The notes under the pieces were generated by a model, which saw only the letters and a list, made by a program, of their open reading frames with translations, did not search any database and was not told the DNA's origin. Positions 1 through 10,745 of a DNA stretch of 41,225 nucleotides are shown here, piece after piece (the stretch's first letter is position 1; every line of letters starts with the position of its first letter). Both the position numbers and the translations under genes were made by a program. The DNA is taken from assembly GCA_964614865.1 (NCBI GenBank), contig CAZTNO010000002.1:1-41225 (forward strand). The letters are read 5' to 3'. Source of the stretch: an uncultured Clostridia bacterium. GTDB lineage: Bacteria > Acidobacteriota > Aminicenantia > UBA2199.

Positions 1-1026
1 GTAGCCGTAGCCTCCGAAGATCTGCACCGCCTCGACGGTAACCCGCATGGCCACATCGGTGGCCATCACCTTGGCCATGGCCGACTCTTTGGAGGCCTTC
101 ATGCCGTGGTCGAGCATCCAGGCCGAACGGTAGACCATCAAGCGGGCGGCTTCGATTTCGGTGGCCATGTCGGCCAGCTTGAAACCGATCACCTGGTTGG
201 CCGAAATCGGTCGGCCGAACTGCACCCGGCCCTGGGCGTAGCGCAACGACTCTTCGTAGGCCGCCCTGGCCACGCCGACGCCACCGGCGCCCACCGCGGG
301 GCGGGCGAAGTCGAGGGTCTTCATGGCGATGATGAAGCCCATCCCCTCGCGGCGCAGGATGTTTTTTGCCGGTACCTTGACTTCGTCGAAGTAGAGCTCG
401 CAGGTGTTGGAGGCGCGATGGCCCATCTTGTTTTCGTGTTTGCCGATGGTGATTCCGGGCAAATCCATGGGGACGATGAAAGCCGACAGCCCCCGGGCAC
501 CCCGGCTGCGGTCGGTCATGGCGAAGACCACGCCGAGCTTGGAGACACCACCGTTGGTGATGAAGGTCTTGGAGCCGTTGATGACGTAGAAATCCCCTTC
601 ACGGCGAGCGGTGGTCTGGATGGCGGCGTTGTCGGAGCCCGCCTCTTTCTCGGTCAGGGCAAAGCAGGAGAAACTCATCTCGCTGGTCAGCGGCTGCAAA
701 AACTCTTTCTTCTGTTCCTCGGAGCCGAACAGCACGATCGGGGTGGTGGCCAGGGTGTTGGCCATCATCGAGGTGTACATGCCGGCGCAGCCCCAGGCCA
801 ACTCTTCGCAAACGACGGCGTTGGTCAGGGCGTCAAACCCGGCGCCACCGCAATTTTCGGGAATACCGGTGGTCAGCAGACCCATCTCGAAGGCTTTTTT
901 CATGATGTCGAAGGGAAACTCGTTCTTCTCGTCGACTTCGATCGCCTTGGGACGCATCTCTTTCTCGGCGAAACGGTGCGTCTCCTCCTTCAGGGCTTGT
1001 TGTTCTTCAGAAAGCAGAAAATCCAT
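1..1026 (-). CDS. acyl-CoA dehydrogenase (N-terminal 342 codons; 3-prime end lies beyond window start)
   Basis: Absent from the supplied ORF track because it runs off the window edge. My own reverse-complement translation from ATG 1026..1024 gives MDFLLSEEQQALKEETHRFAEKEMRPKAIEVDEKNEFPFD...FALTEKEAGSDNAAIQTTARREGDFYVINGSKTFITNGG... The LTExxAGSD and GxKxFITNG motifs are ACAD hallmarks. An AGGAGA SD lies just upstream. The listed plus-strand ORF 106..1065 is its antisense shadow. Confidence 0.85.
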   Translation of the reverse strand, partial: MDFLLSEEQQALKEETHRFAEKEMRPKAIEVDEKNEFPFDIMKKAFEMGLLTTGIPENCGGAGFDALTNAVVCEELAWGCAGMYTSMMANTLATTPIVLFGSEEQKKEFLQPLTSEMSFSCFALTEKEAGSDNAAIQTTARREGDFYVINGSKTFITNGGVSKLGVVFAMTDRSRGARGLSAFIVPMDLPGITIGKHENKMGHRASNTCELYFDEVKVPAKNILRREGMGFIIAMKTLDFARPAVGAGGVGVARAAYEESLRYAQGRVQFGRPISANQVIGFKLADMATEIEAARLMVYRSAWMLDHGMKASKESAMAKVMATDVAMRVTVEAVQIFGGYGY

Positions 1027-1054
1027 GGCTATTCTCCTATAGAAATGGCGGTCT

Positions 1055-3451
1055 TCAAACCTTGATGGTCTTGATTTCGTTGAGCACTTCGAGGGCGCTC
1101 TGGAAACGCTGTTCTCGCCGCTTCTCCATGCAGCGCTCGACGATCTGGCCCAGCTTGTCAGGGATATCGGCCCGCAGCGACTTGATCTCCGGGGGCTTTT
1201 CGAACAGGTGCTGATAGAAGACGTTCTCGCCTTTGAAAGGGACCCGTCCGGTGATCAGGTGGAACATGGTCGCCCCCGAAGAATAGACATCGGTCCGGTG
1301 ATCGACCGGGATCCCCTGGATCTGTTCGGGCGACATGTAGTAGGGGGTGCCGGTGATCACCCCCGACTCGCCCTTCTTCTGGTCGCCGAGGATCACCGCC
1401 AAGCCGAAGTCCATGATCTTGATCTCTTTGCCGCGGGTGATCATGATGTTGTGGGGCTTGATGTCGCGGTGGATGATCCCCTTGCGGTGGGAGTAATCGA
1501 GGGCCTTGAACAACTTGATGGCGATGAACAGCACCTGGGATGCCGAAAAGACGCTCTTGCGCCGGATCAAACTCATGAAATTCTCGCCCTCGACGAACTC
1601 CATGGAAATGAAGTAGTCGTCCCGGATCTGCCCCACGTCGTACACGGTGACGATGTTGGCGTGGGAGAGCGAGGCGGTGGAGCGAGCCTCGGAAAAGAAA
1701 CGCTCCAGGTTGCGCCGGTCGGTGACCAGGGTCTTGTTGAGGATCTTCAGGGCCACGATCCTCTTGAGCACGGTATCCTCGGCCTTGAAAACCACGCCCA
1801 TGCCACCTTCGCCGACCTTCTCGATGATCTTGTACCGTTCGCTGGAGTCCTCGTTGATCAGCTCCATCTCTTTGTACTTCTGGATCAGGACCTCGACGTC
1901 CTTGATCTTCTGGTGGATGTCCTTGTAGGAATAATCCTCGGTCAGGATCATCTGGTAGATCTCGAAGGCCCGTTTGAAACTGCCGGCGTTTTCGTAGGCC
2001 TGCCCCAGCACGTAGTACCAGTCGATGTTGTTCTTGTCGATCGGGCGGCTGCCCAGGAGTTTTTCGATCTTCTCGATGACCAGCTGGGGTTTGCGATTGG
2101 TCAGGAAGATGCTGGCCATATGGGTCACGGCGGTGGCGAAATCGGGGGATTCGGCGGGCACCTGCTGGAAATTGGCCAGGGCACGGCGATCGTCGTCGAC
2201 CTTGACGAAGGCCATGCCCGCCTTGAAGAAGTCGCCCGCCTTCTCGTAGAGTTCGCCGGCCTTGAGGAACTTCTGGTACTTGAAGGAGAGGTCGGCAGCC
2301 ATCCGCCACTCCCGGCCCATCTCGAACATCTTGGCCGCCTCTTCCTCGTTGCCGTCTTTGAGGAAGTTGTCGGCCGCGGCCAGGAAATTCTGGTTCATGA
2401 AGTAGCAGTGTCCCGCCTTGGCGTACTGCTTGTCCCATTCGAACAGCTCGGCAGCGCGGGTGTAATCCTCCCCTTTCAGAAACCAGTCGGCCGCCTCCAT
2501 GGTCGAGCCGCGGGCGAAAGCCTCTTCGCCGCGAAGCTGGCACGCGATTCTCACCTGGCCCAGTTTCTCGTAGATTTCGGCGGCCTTGAGCGGTTGTTGC
2601 GCCTTTTCGAAATCCTTGGCGGCAACGGTGTCGTTGCCCATTTGTTTGGCCACTTCGGCGGCCCGCTCATACTTGCCGTACTTGATCAGCAACTCGTAGG
2701 CCTTGGGCAGTTCGCCGAGCTGGGTGTAGAGCTCGACCGCCTTGAAGAGTTCCTGCTCCATCTGCTTGACCGAGTTGAAGCCGATCGAGGTGTCGGCGTT
2801 GGTGATGAACCACTTCTCGAAGTTCTGGGCCGCCTTGCGCAGGTTGCCCCCCTTCTCGTAGATGTAGGCCGCCTTGTTGTAGAAGCCCTTCTTCTCGTAG
2901 ATCTGGGCGGCCTTTTCGAACCGGCCGTAGTTGTAGTAGAGTTCGGCCGCCTCCTGGAAACGGTTGCCGTTCTCCATCACCTGGCCTGCCTGCTCGATGT
3001 TCTTGCGCTTGATGTAGAGCTTGACCAGATTGTCGACGTTGCCGCTCTTCTTGTAGACCTCGATGGCTTTGGCCTCGTTGTTGAGCTTTTCGTAGAGCTC
3101 GCCCATCAGGTCGAGTTCGTTGCCCTCCTCGTAGGCGGCCAGGGCCCTGCGGAACTCGCCGATCTCCTCGAAGATCCGGCCGGCTTTCAGGAACTGGTTC
3201 TGCTTCTGGGCCCGCTTGGCCTCACGGACCTGGAAGGTCTTCTTGAACAGCAGGGAAAAAAACGATTCGAAAAAAGAACGATCCTGAAAGCTGGCCACCC
3301 GGGTGGTCTTCAACACCTGGTAGACGATCTTGAGAACCAGGAGGACGATACCGACGAGGATCAGGAGCTTGACCCACGCGTTCTGGTTGATAAAATTCAG
3401 CACACCGCCCATGGATTGCGGAAGTATAACAAACCCGGGAAAGCGAGTCAA
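1055..3451 (-). CDS. membrane-anchored Hanks-type Ser/Thr protein kinase with N-terminal TM helix, long helical-repeat region and C-terminal kinase domain
   Basis: ORF track 798 aa. The C-terminal part has GEGGMGVVFKA...ALKIL (ATP-binding Lys), HRDIKPHN, DFGLA and GTPYYMSPEQ. The N-terminal part has the hydrophobic helix WVKLLILVGIVLLVLKIVY. The track start at 3451 is TTG; ATG at 3412 (MGGVLNF) is an alternative start. Confidence 0.85.
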   Translation of the reverse strand: MTRFPGFVILPQSMGGVLNFINQNAWVKLLILVGIVLLVLKIVYQVLKTTRVASFQDRSFFESFFSLLFKKTFQVREAKRAQKQNQFLKAGRIFEEIGEFRRALAAYEEGNELDLMGELYEKLNNEAKAIEVYKKSGNVDNLVKLYIKRKNIEQAGQVMENGNRFQEAAELYYNYGRFEKAAQIYEKKGFYNKAAYIYEKGGNLRKAAQNFEKWFITNADTSIGFNSVKQMEQELFKAVELYTQLGELPKAYELLIKYGKYERAAEVAKQMGNDTVAAKDFEKAQQPLKAAEIYEKLGQVRIACQLRGEEAFARGSTMEAADWFLKGEDYTRAAELFEWDKQYAKAGHCYFMNQNFLAAADNFLKDGNEEEAAKMFEMGREWRMAADLSFKYQKFLKAGELYEKAGDFFKAGMAFVKVDDDRRALANFQQVPAESPDFATAVTHMASIFLTNRKPQLVIEKIEKLLGSRPIDKNNIDWYYVLGQAYENAGSFKRAFEIYQMILTEDYSYKDIHQKIKDVEVLIQKYKEMELINEDSSERYKIIEKVGEGGMGVVFKAEDTVLKRIVALKILNKTLVTDRRNLERFFSEARSTASLSHANIVTVYDVGQIRDDYFISMEFVEGENFMSLIRRKSVFSASQVLFIAIKLFKALDYSHRKGIIHRDIKPHNIMITRGKEIKIMDFGLAVILGDQKKGESGVITGTPYYMSPEQIQGIPVDHRTDVYSSGATMFHLITGRVPFKGENVFYQHLFEKPPEIKSLRADIPDKLGQIVERCMEKRREQRFQSALEVLNEIKTIKV

Positions 3452-3496
3452 ACGACAGGGGGGGCCAGCGGAGGGAGGCCTCCGGGCAAGGCCGTT

Positions 3497-3525
3497 TTGA
3501 CAGATCGCCTGGCGACCGTTATAAT
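3497..3525 (+). promoter_or_regulatory. sigma70-type promoter, perfect consensus TTGACA-N17-TATAAT, upstream of the Clp-like ATPase
   Basis: ttgaca at 3497..3502, 17-nt spacer, tataat at 3520..3525, 24 nt before ATG 3549. Confidence 0.6.
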
Positions 3526-3548
3526 TGACTTTTGGGAGCGAGCAACGA

Positions 3549-6470
<2,922 letters not shown>

Positions 6471-6575
6471 ACCGAAACCAGGAATGCTCCGTGCGGAAAA
6501 ACGAACCGTGTCGAAACGACCAACCCTTGAGTGAGCGCATTGTTCGCCCCCTCGCCCGATGATGAAGGAGCTACC

Positions 6576-6929
6576 ATGAACAAAACGTTGTTGATTCTGA
6601 ACGACCCTCCCTACGGTAGCGAACGTAGCTATAACGGACTACGCCTGGCAGGAGCGCTGGTCAAACGCGAGGGCGAGCAGGTCCGGGTTTTCCTGATGGG
6701 CGATGGTTCCAGCTGCGCCAAACGGGGGCAACAGACTCCCAACGGCTACTACAACATCGAACGGATGTTGGTTGGCATCGTCAACAGGGGAGGAGAGGTG
6801 GGGGTATGCGGTTCCTGCCTGGAATCCAGGGGAATCGGCGACGAGGAACTCGTCGAAGGGTGCGCCCGGTCCACCCTGGAGCAACTCACCGACTGGACTC
6901 TCTGGGGAGATCGCGTCCTCGTCTTTTGA
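6576..6929 (+). CDS. DsrE/DsrF (YchN)-like sulfur-relay family protein
   Basis: MNKTLLILNDPPYGSERSYNGLRLAGAL...VRVFLMGDGSSCAKRGQ...CGSCLESRG resembles DsrE-family small proteins. A GAAGGAG SD precedes ATG 6576. Confidence 0.6.
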   Translation: MNKTLLILNDPPYGSERSYNGLRLAGALVKREGEQVRVFLMGDGSSCAKRGQQTPNGYYNIERMLVGIVNRGGEVGVCGSCLESRGIGDEELVEGCARSTLEQLTDWTLWGDRVLVF

Positions 6930-6959
6930 GCCGGATTCCGGGTCGATTTTCGCCCGTTT

Positions 6960-7457
6960 CTACAGCCGGGCGAGCACCTTTTTCATCAACTGGACCGCGA
7001 TGGCCCGTCCGGCATCCTCGGTGCTCCCGGGCACCATCATGGTGATCAACAGGTAGCTGCCCGCCTTGAACGAGTTGAGCTGAATCATGCCGTAGCCCGG
7101 GTTGAGAAAAAAGGATTGGTCACCGAGCCCGGGAACCACGGTCACCTTGGCCTTGCGTTTCTGGAAGGCGGCCAGGATGCGGTCGGGGGTCTCGCCCGCC
7201 CCCAGCGGCTTGACCAGCAGGCTGAAGGTGCCGTAGGGGGGGATGCGGTAGTCGCACGAAGACCCGGCCGCGGCATTGACCACGCCGTTGGGCTTGCCCG
7301 CCTCGACCGGCTTGCCGATCGCCTCCTGGATCTCGGCCTGGGTCAGCAAGGAGCAGGGCGCCTTGCCGGCGGAGTACACAAGCCCCCCCGCCACCAGCAA
7401 AACGAGGGCGACGGGGACGAGCACCTTGGCTCCGATCGAAGCAACGAAACGGGACAT
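6960..7457 (-). CDS. exported hypothetical protein (signal peptide)
   Basis: MSRFVASIGAKVLVPVALVLLVAGGLVYSAG looks like a signal peptide. A GGAGGTG SD precedes ATG 7457. I recognise no family. Confidence 0.5.
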   Translation of the reverse strand: MSRFVASIGAKVLVPVALVLLVAGGLVYSAGKAPCSLLTQAEIQEAIGKPVEAGKPNGVVNAAAGSSCDYRIPPYGTFSLLVKPLGAGETPDRILAAFQKRKAKVTVVPGLGDQSFFLNPGYGMIQLNSFKAGSYLLITMMVPGSTEDAGRAIAVQLMKKVLARL

Positions 7458-7505
7458 GGCCACCTCCGGGGGTCGGACCCCTAAAAGGGACCCGAAGCAA
7501 CCCGC

Positions 7506-7535
7506 ATCATACCGGAAATCGCTTGCCATTGCCAA
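7506..7535 (-). promoter_or_regulatory. possible promoter TTGGCA-N18-TATGAT for the exported-protein gene
   Basis: On the minus strand, ttggca (7535..7530) and tatgat (7511..7506), about 50 nt upstream of ATG 7457. Confidence 0.3.
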
Positions 7536-7636
7536 GCACCCTCCGCGAGCCGATCCTCCTCCAGGTCATCCATCTGCTACTTTTCCCTTTTCCCTTGCGG
7601 GTGAGGACGATGCCGAACAGGATCAGGGATTCAGCT

Positions 7637-8995
7637 TCACGGCGAAGCAGGTGCGACCTCCTGTTCCGCCCCCACCCATAAACTTTCGGTCAGCAAGAAC
7701 TTCCAGGCAGGAACCAGGCGGATCGTCCCTCTCACTCCAGTCAACTCGCGCTCTTCCCGGCGGGTGACGATAGTCGCATTGTCCACCCCGGTCTCGGCCA
7801 TGGCATCCCACAGGACGCTCGTTTCCCGCTTTTCGGTATCTCCGTTGGCCAAGGACTCACACACTTGGATGAGGCGAGGTTTTCCGGCTCGGTCGGGAAC
7901 GACCAGATCCACCTCCCCTCCGTTGCGAGTCCGGTAGTAGAAAAGGGACGGTTGGTGGCGCCGCAGGGCCGTGAATACCAGATTCTCCAGCAGGTGCCCC
8001 GTATTCGCCTGGATTCCAGACGAGACCGAGGTGACCAAAGCATGGTCGATGGCGTAGATCTTCTTGGGATTGACCTGACGCCGAGCCAGCGAGGTGTCGA
8101 ACAGGGGGACCGTGAAAAGGAAATAGGCATCCTCCAGCCACTGGAGGTATTCCGCCACCGTACTCTTGGGCACCTTGTGGCCCAACGCTTTGAGGTAGCC
8201 AGAAAGGCTGTTGATCGAGTAGAGTGAGGCGACGTTGTCCACGAGCCGTCGGGCCAGGTCTACCAACGCCTTGGGATGGGCGATGTCGTGACGCTCGATC
8301 AGGTCCCGGAACAATACGGCATGAAAGTACTCCTGATGGACGCGAACGCGAGTTTGCCGCTCGAGTCCCAACACCTCCGGGAACCCGCCACCCTGCCAAA
8401 ATCCCGCGAATTCCTTCTCCACCATGAGTCGCTTTCGGGTGGAGAGGGGCTGCGTGCGATCAACCCCTCTCGCATCGAGGTACTCCGCAAACGAGAAGGG
8501 GAAGAGTTCCCAGGAGAGCGCGCGACCGCGCATCTGGGTGGCGACTTCACGCGACAAGAGTTGGGCAGACGATCCCGTCAGCACGACCTGACATTTTTCG
8601 GTGCGCATCAATCGGTCGATGAAGGGTTCCCAATGTGGCATCGACTGGATCTCATCGAAAAAGCAGTACACCGTCTCGGTGTTTTTCTTTTCCGGAAAAA
8701 GCGAGAAGTACGCATCCACCACCGAGGACAATCCCGCCGTCTGCAAGGGCGCGAGGCGGTCGTCAAAGAAATTCACATAGAGGAGGTTGTTTCTGGAAAC
8801 CCCGGAGGCGAGCAACTTCTCCATCATCTGGAACAGACAAGTGGATTTCCCGCAGCGACGAACCCCGATCAGGACGGTCGCTTTTCCGGGAACGCTGTCG
8901 ATGGCCAGATGACGTGGGACCCCTGAAAATGGCTGACTCTCGTGGAAATCGAGGATCAGTGAGCGGATGATTTCGCGCATCGCACCCCCCTGCAT
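7637..8995 (-). CDS. AAA-type ATPase of the DUF4143 (COG1373-like) family
   Basis: P-loop GVRRCGKST lies near the N-terminus. The overall layout matches the AAA_14 + DUF4143 ATPases as I recall them. ATG 8980 (MREIIRS) is an alternative start. Confidence 0.65.
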   Translation of the reverse strand: MQGGAMREIIRSLILDFHESQPFSGVPRHLAIDSVPGKATVLIGVRRCGKSTCLFQMMEKLLASGVSRNNLLYVNFFDDRLAPLQTAGLSSVVDAYFSLFPEKKNTETVYCFFDEIQSMPHWEPFIDRLMRTEKCQVVLTGSSAQLLSREVATQMRGRALSWELFPFSFAEYLDARGVDRTQPLSTRKRLMVEKEFAGFWQGGGFPEVLGLERQTRVRVHQEYFHAVLFRDLIERHDIAHPKALVDLARRLVDNVASLYSINSLSGYLKALGHKVPKSTVAEYLQWLEDAYFLFTVPLFDTSLARRQVNPKKIYAIDHALVTSVSSGIQANTGHLLENLVFTALRRHQPSLFYYRTRNGGEVDLVVPDRAGKPRLIQVCESLANGDTEKRETSVLWDAMAETGVDNATIVTRREERELTGVRGTIRLVPAWKFLLTESLWVGAEQEVAPASP

Positions 8996-9006
8996 GATCC
9001 AAATCT

Positions 9007-9054
9007 GGTAAAAAATATTACCACTTTTCCCTTAAAGTGGCAATATTTTTTACC
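9007..9054. repeat. AT-rich palindrome: 21-nt arms (1 mismatch) around a 6-nt centre
   Basis: ggtaaaaaatattaccacttt (9007..9027) pairs with aaagtggcaatattttttacc (9034..9054). It lies between the EamA stop and the DUF4143-ATPase start. Confidence 0.9.
9015..9043 (-). promoter_or_regulatory. promoter TTGCCA-N17-TAATAT embedded in the palindrome, reading into the DUF4143 ATPase gene
   Basis: On the minus strand, ttgcca (9043..9038) and taatat (9020..9015). Each hexamer sits in one palindrome arm. Confidence 0.45.
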
Positions 9055-9074
9055 GGTTTCTTCGAGGTGGCCCC

Positions 9075-9971
9075 TCAGCCGGCCCGATGGCCCTTGCGGG
9101 TGAGGACGATGCCCAGCAGGATGATGGCCGCGCCGCCGAGCAGCGAGAGGGTGAGGGCCTCGCCCAGCACCAGGTGGGCGAACAGCAGGCCGATCACCGG
9201 CTGCAAGTTGGAGTAGACCGCGGTCTGGCTGTTGCCCACGCGCCGCACCGAATCGAACCACAGGATCAAGGTCAACGACAGGGCCAGGATGCCCGAGTAG
9301 GCCAGCAGCGCCCAGGTGCCGAGGCTCACCGCCGAAAAATCGACCCGGGTCAGGCTGGGCAGCCCCAGGGGGAGAAACAGCAGGGAGCCGATGCTCATGG
9401 TGAAGGTGGTGAACTTCAGCGGCGAGTAGACCTTGAGCAGCGGGCGCGCCGACACCGAGTAGTGGGCCCACATCAACACGGCTGCGAGTACGGTCAGGTC
9501 GCCCTTCCAGGTGGCCCCCGACAGGGAAAAACCTCCCTGCCTGCCGGCAATCACCAGGTAGAGCCCCAGAAAGGCCAGGCAGATGCCCAACCAGCCTGTC
9601 CAGACGATCCGCTCCTGCTTGAAAAACGAGCTGAGCAGCGAGATCAGCACCGGCGCGGTACCGAACAGGATGGCGGTGTTGGTGGCGGTGGTGCCGGCGA
9701 TGCCCGAGATGAACAGGTACTGGTAGACGGTGTAGCCCGAAAACGACAGCAGCAGGATGCGGGGCCAGTGACAGCGCTCGATCCGCCAGCCCCCCCCCGA
9801 GAACCAGAACCAGCCCAGCAGCACCACCGAGGCCAGGGGCAAGCGGAGGGTGTTGTAGGGCAGGGGGGCGAGTTCACGCAGGGCGAGCTTGACCAGGGTC
9901 AAATTCACCCCCCAGATCGTCACCACCAGGAGCATTTGGCCGCTGTTGCGGATGTTTTGGGAAATCTTCAT
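9075..9971 (-). CDS. EamA/DMT-superfamily transporter
   Basis: About 10 hydrophobic segments in two halves, which is the EamA-like pattern. Start set at ATG 9971 (MKISQNI) because the longer ORF would overlap the grpE promoter region. Confidence 0.7.
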   Translation of the reverse strand: MKISQNIRNSGQMLLVVTIWGVNLTLVKLALRELAPLPYNTLRLPLASVVLLGWFWFSGGGWRIERCHWPRILLLSFSGYTVYQYLFISGIAGTTATNTAILFGTAPVLISLLSSFFKQERIVWTGWLGICLAFLGLYLVIAGRQGGFSLSGATWKGDLTVLAAVLMWAHYSVSARPLLKVYSPLKFTTFTMSIGSLLFLPLGLPSLTRVDFSAVSLGTWALLAYSGILALSLTLILWFDSVRRVGNSQTAVYSNLQPVIGLLFAHLVLGEALTLSLLGGAAIILLGIVLTRKGHRAG

Positions 9972-10047
9972 CGGCAGGGGTGATACGGAACCGGGGGGAA
10001 ATGAGTTCCGCACTCTCCAGGCCAAGCCCGCGCCGGGCCGCGTCAGA

Positions 10048-10076
10048 TTGACATTTCCGGGGGGGTGCGGTAAAAT
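10048..10076 (+). promoter_or_regulatory. promoter TTGACA-N17-TAAAAT upstream of grpE-dnaK-dnaJ
   Basis: ttgaca at 10048..10053, taaaat at 10071..10076, about 60 nt before ATG 10139. Confidence 0.5.
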
Positions 10077-10138
10077 TTTCACCCTGCCAAACAGAAATTA
10101 GACGGCCCTTTCGCGGCCGCCAGGTGGAGGTATGCACC

Positions 10139-10744
10139 ATGGGATCAGGCGACAACGGGCCGGATATCGGGTACGTTCCCGACGATCCGGACGACGAGGT
10201 TCAAGAGCCCCGCAAGGCCTCCCCCCCCCCGACCGAGCCCCCCGAGCCTCCGGGTGGCACCCCTTCCACCGCCGGCCTGGTGGCCGAGCGGGACGAGTAC
10301 AAAGACAAGTACCTGCGCACCTTGGCCGAGATGGACAACTTCCGCAAGCGCATGAAAAAAGAGAAGGACGACTACCAGAAGTACGTCTTTGCCGACTTCC
10401 TGCTCGAACTGCTGCCCATCCTCGACAACCTGGAGCGTGCGCTGAAGAGCAGTGGCGCCGGGGAGACCCGGGGCCTGGCCGACGGCGTGGACATCATCCG
10501 CCGGCAATTCACCGACCATCTCAAGAAGTACCGGGTGGTGGAGATCGAAGCCCTCGGCAAAGAGTTCGACCCCACATTCCATCAGGCCCTGGCCCGCGAG
10601 GAATCCGGCGAAGTCGAGGTGCCCACCGTGTCCGAGGTCTACCAGAAGGGATACCTGTACCACGACCGCCTGTTGCGCCCCGCCCTGACCAAGGTCATCG
10701 TCCCCGCCGAGCGCGACACCGTGGTCGAGCGGGACGACGAATAA
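10139..10744 (+). CDS. grpE: nucleotide exchange factor GrpE
   Basis: KDKYLRTLAEMDNFRKRMKKEKDD...FDPTFHQAL...GYLYHDRLLRPALTKV is the typical GrpE core. A GGAGG SD lies 8 nt before ATG 10139. The N-terminal extension is Pro-rich. Confidence 0.9.
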   Translation: MGSGDNGPDIGYVPDDPDDEVQEPRKASPPPTEPPEPPGGTPSTAGLVAERDEYKDKYLRTLAEMDNFRKRMKKEKDDYQKYVFADFLLELLPILDNLERALKSSGAGETRGLADGVDIIRRQFTDHLKKYRVVEIEALGKEFDPTFHQALAREESGEVEVPTVSEVYQKGYLYHDRLLRPALTKVIVPAERDTVVERDDE

Positions 10745-10745
10745 C

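Noticed and set aside
9972-10138. CIRCE/HrcA operator or sigma32 promoter upstream of grpE
   Set aside because: I searched by eye for TTAGCACTC-N9-GAGTGCTAA and CTTGAA-N13-17-CCCCAT and found neither.
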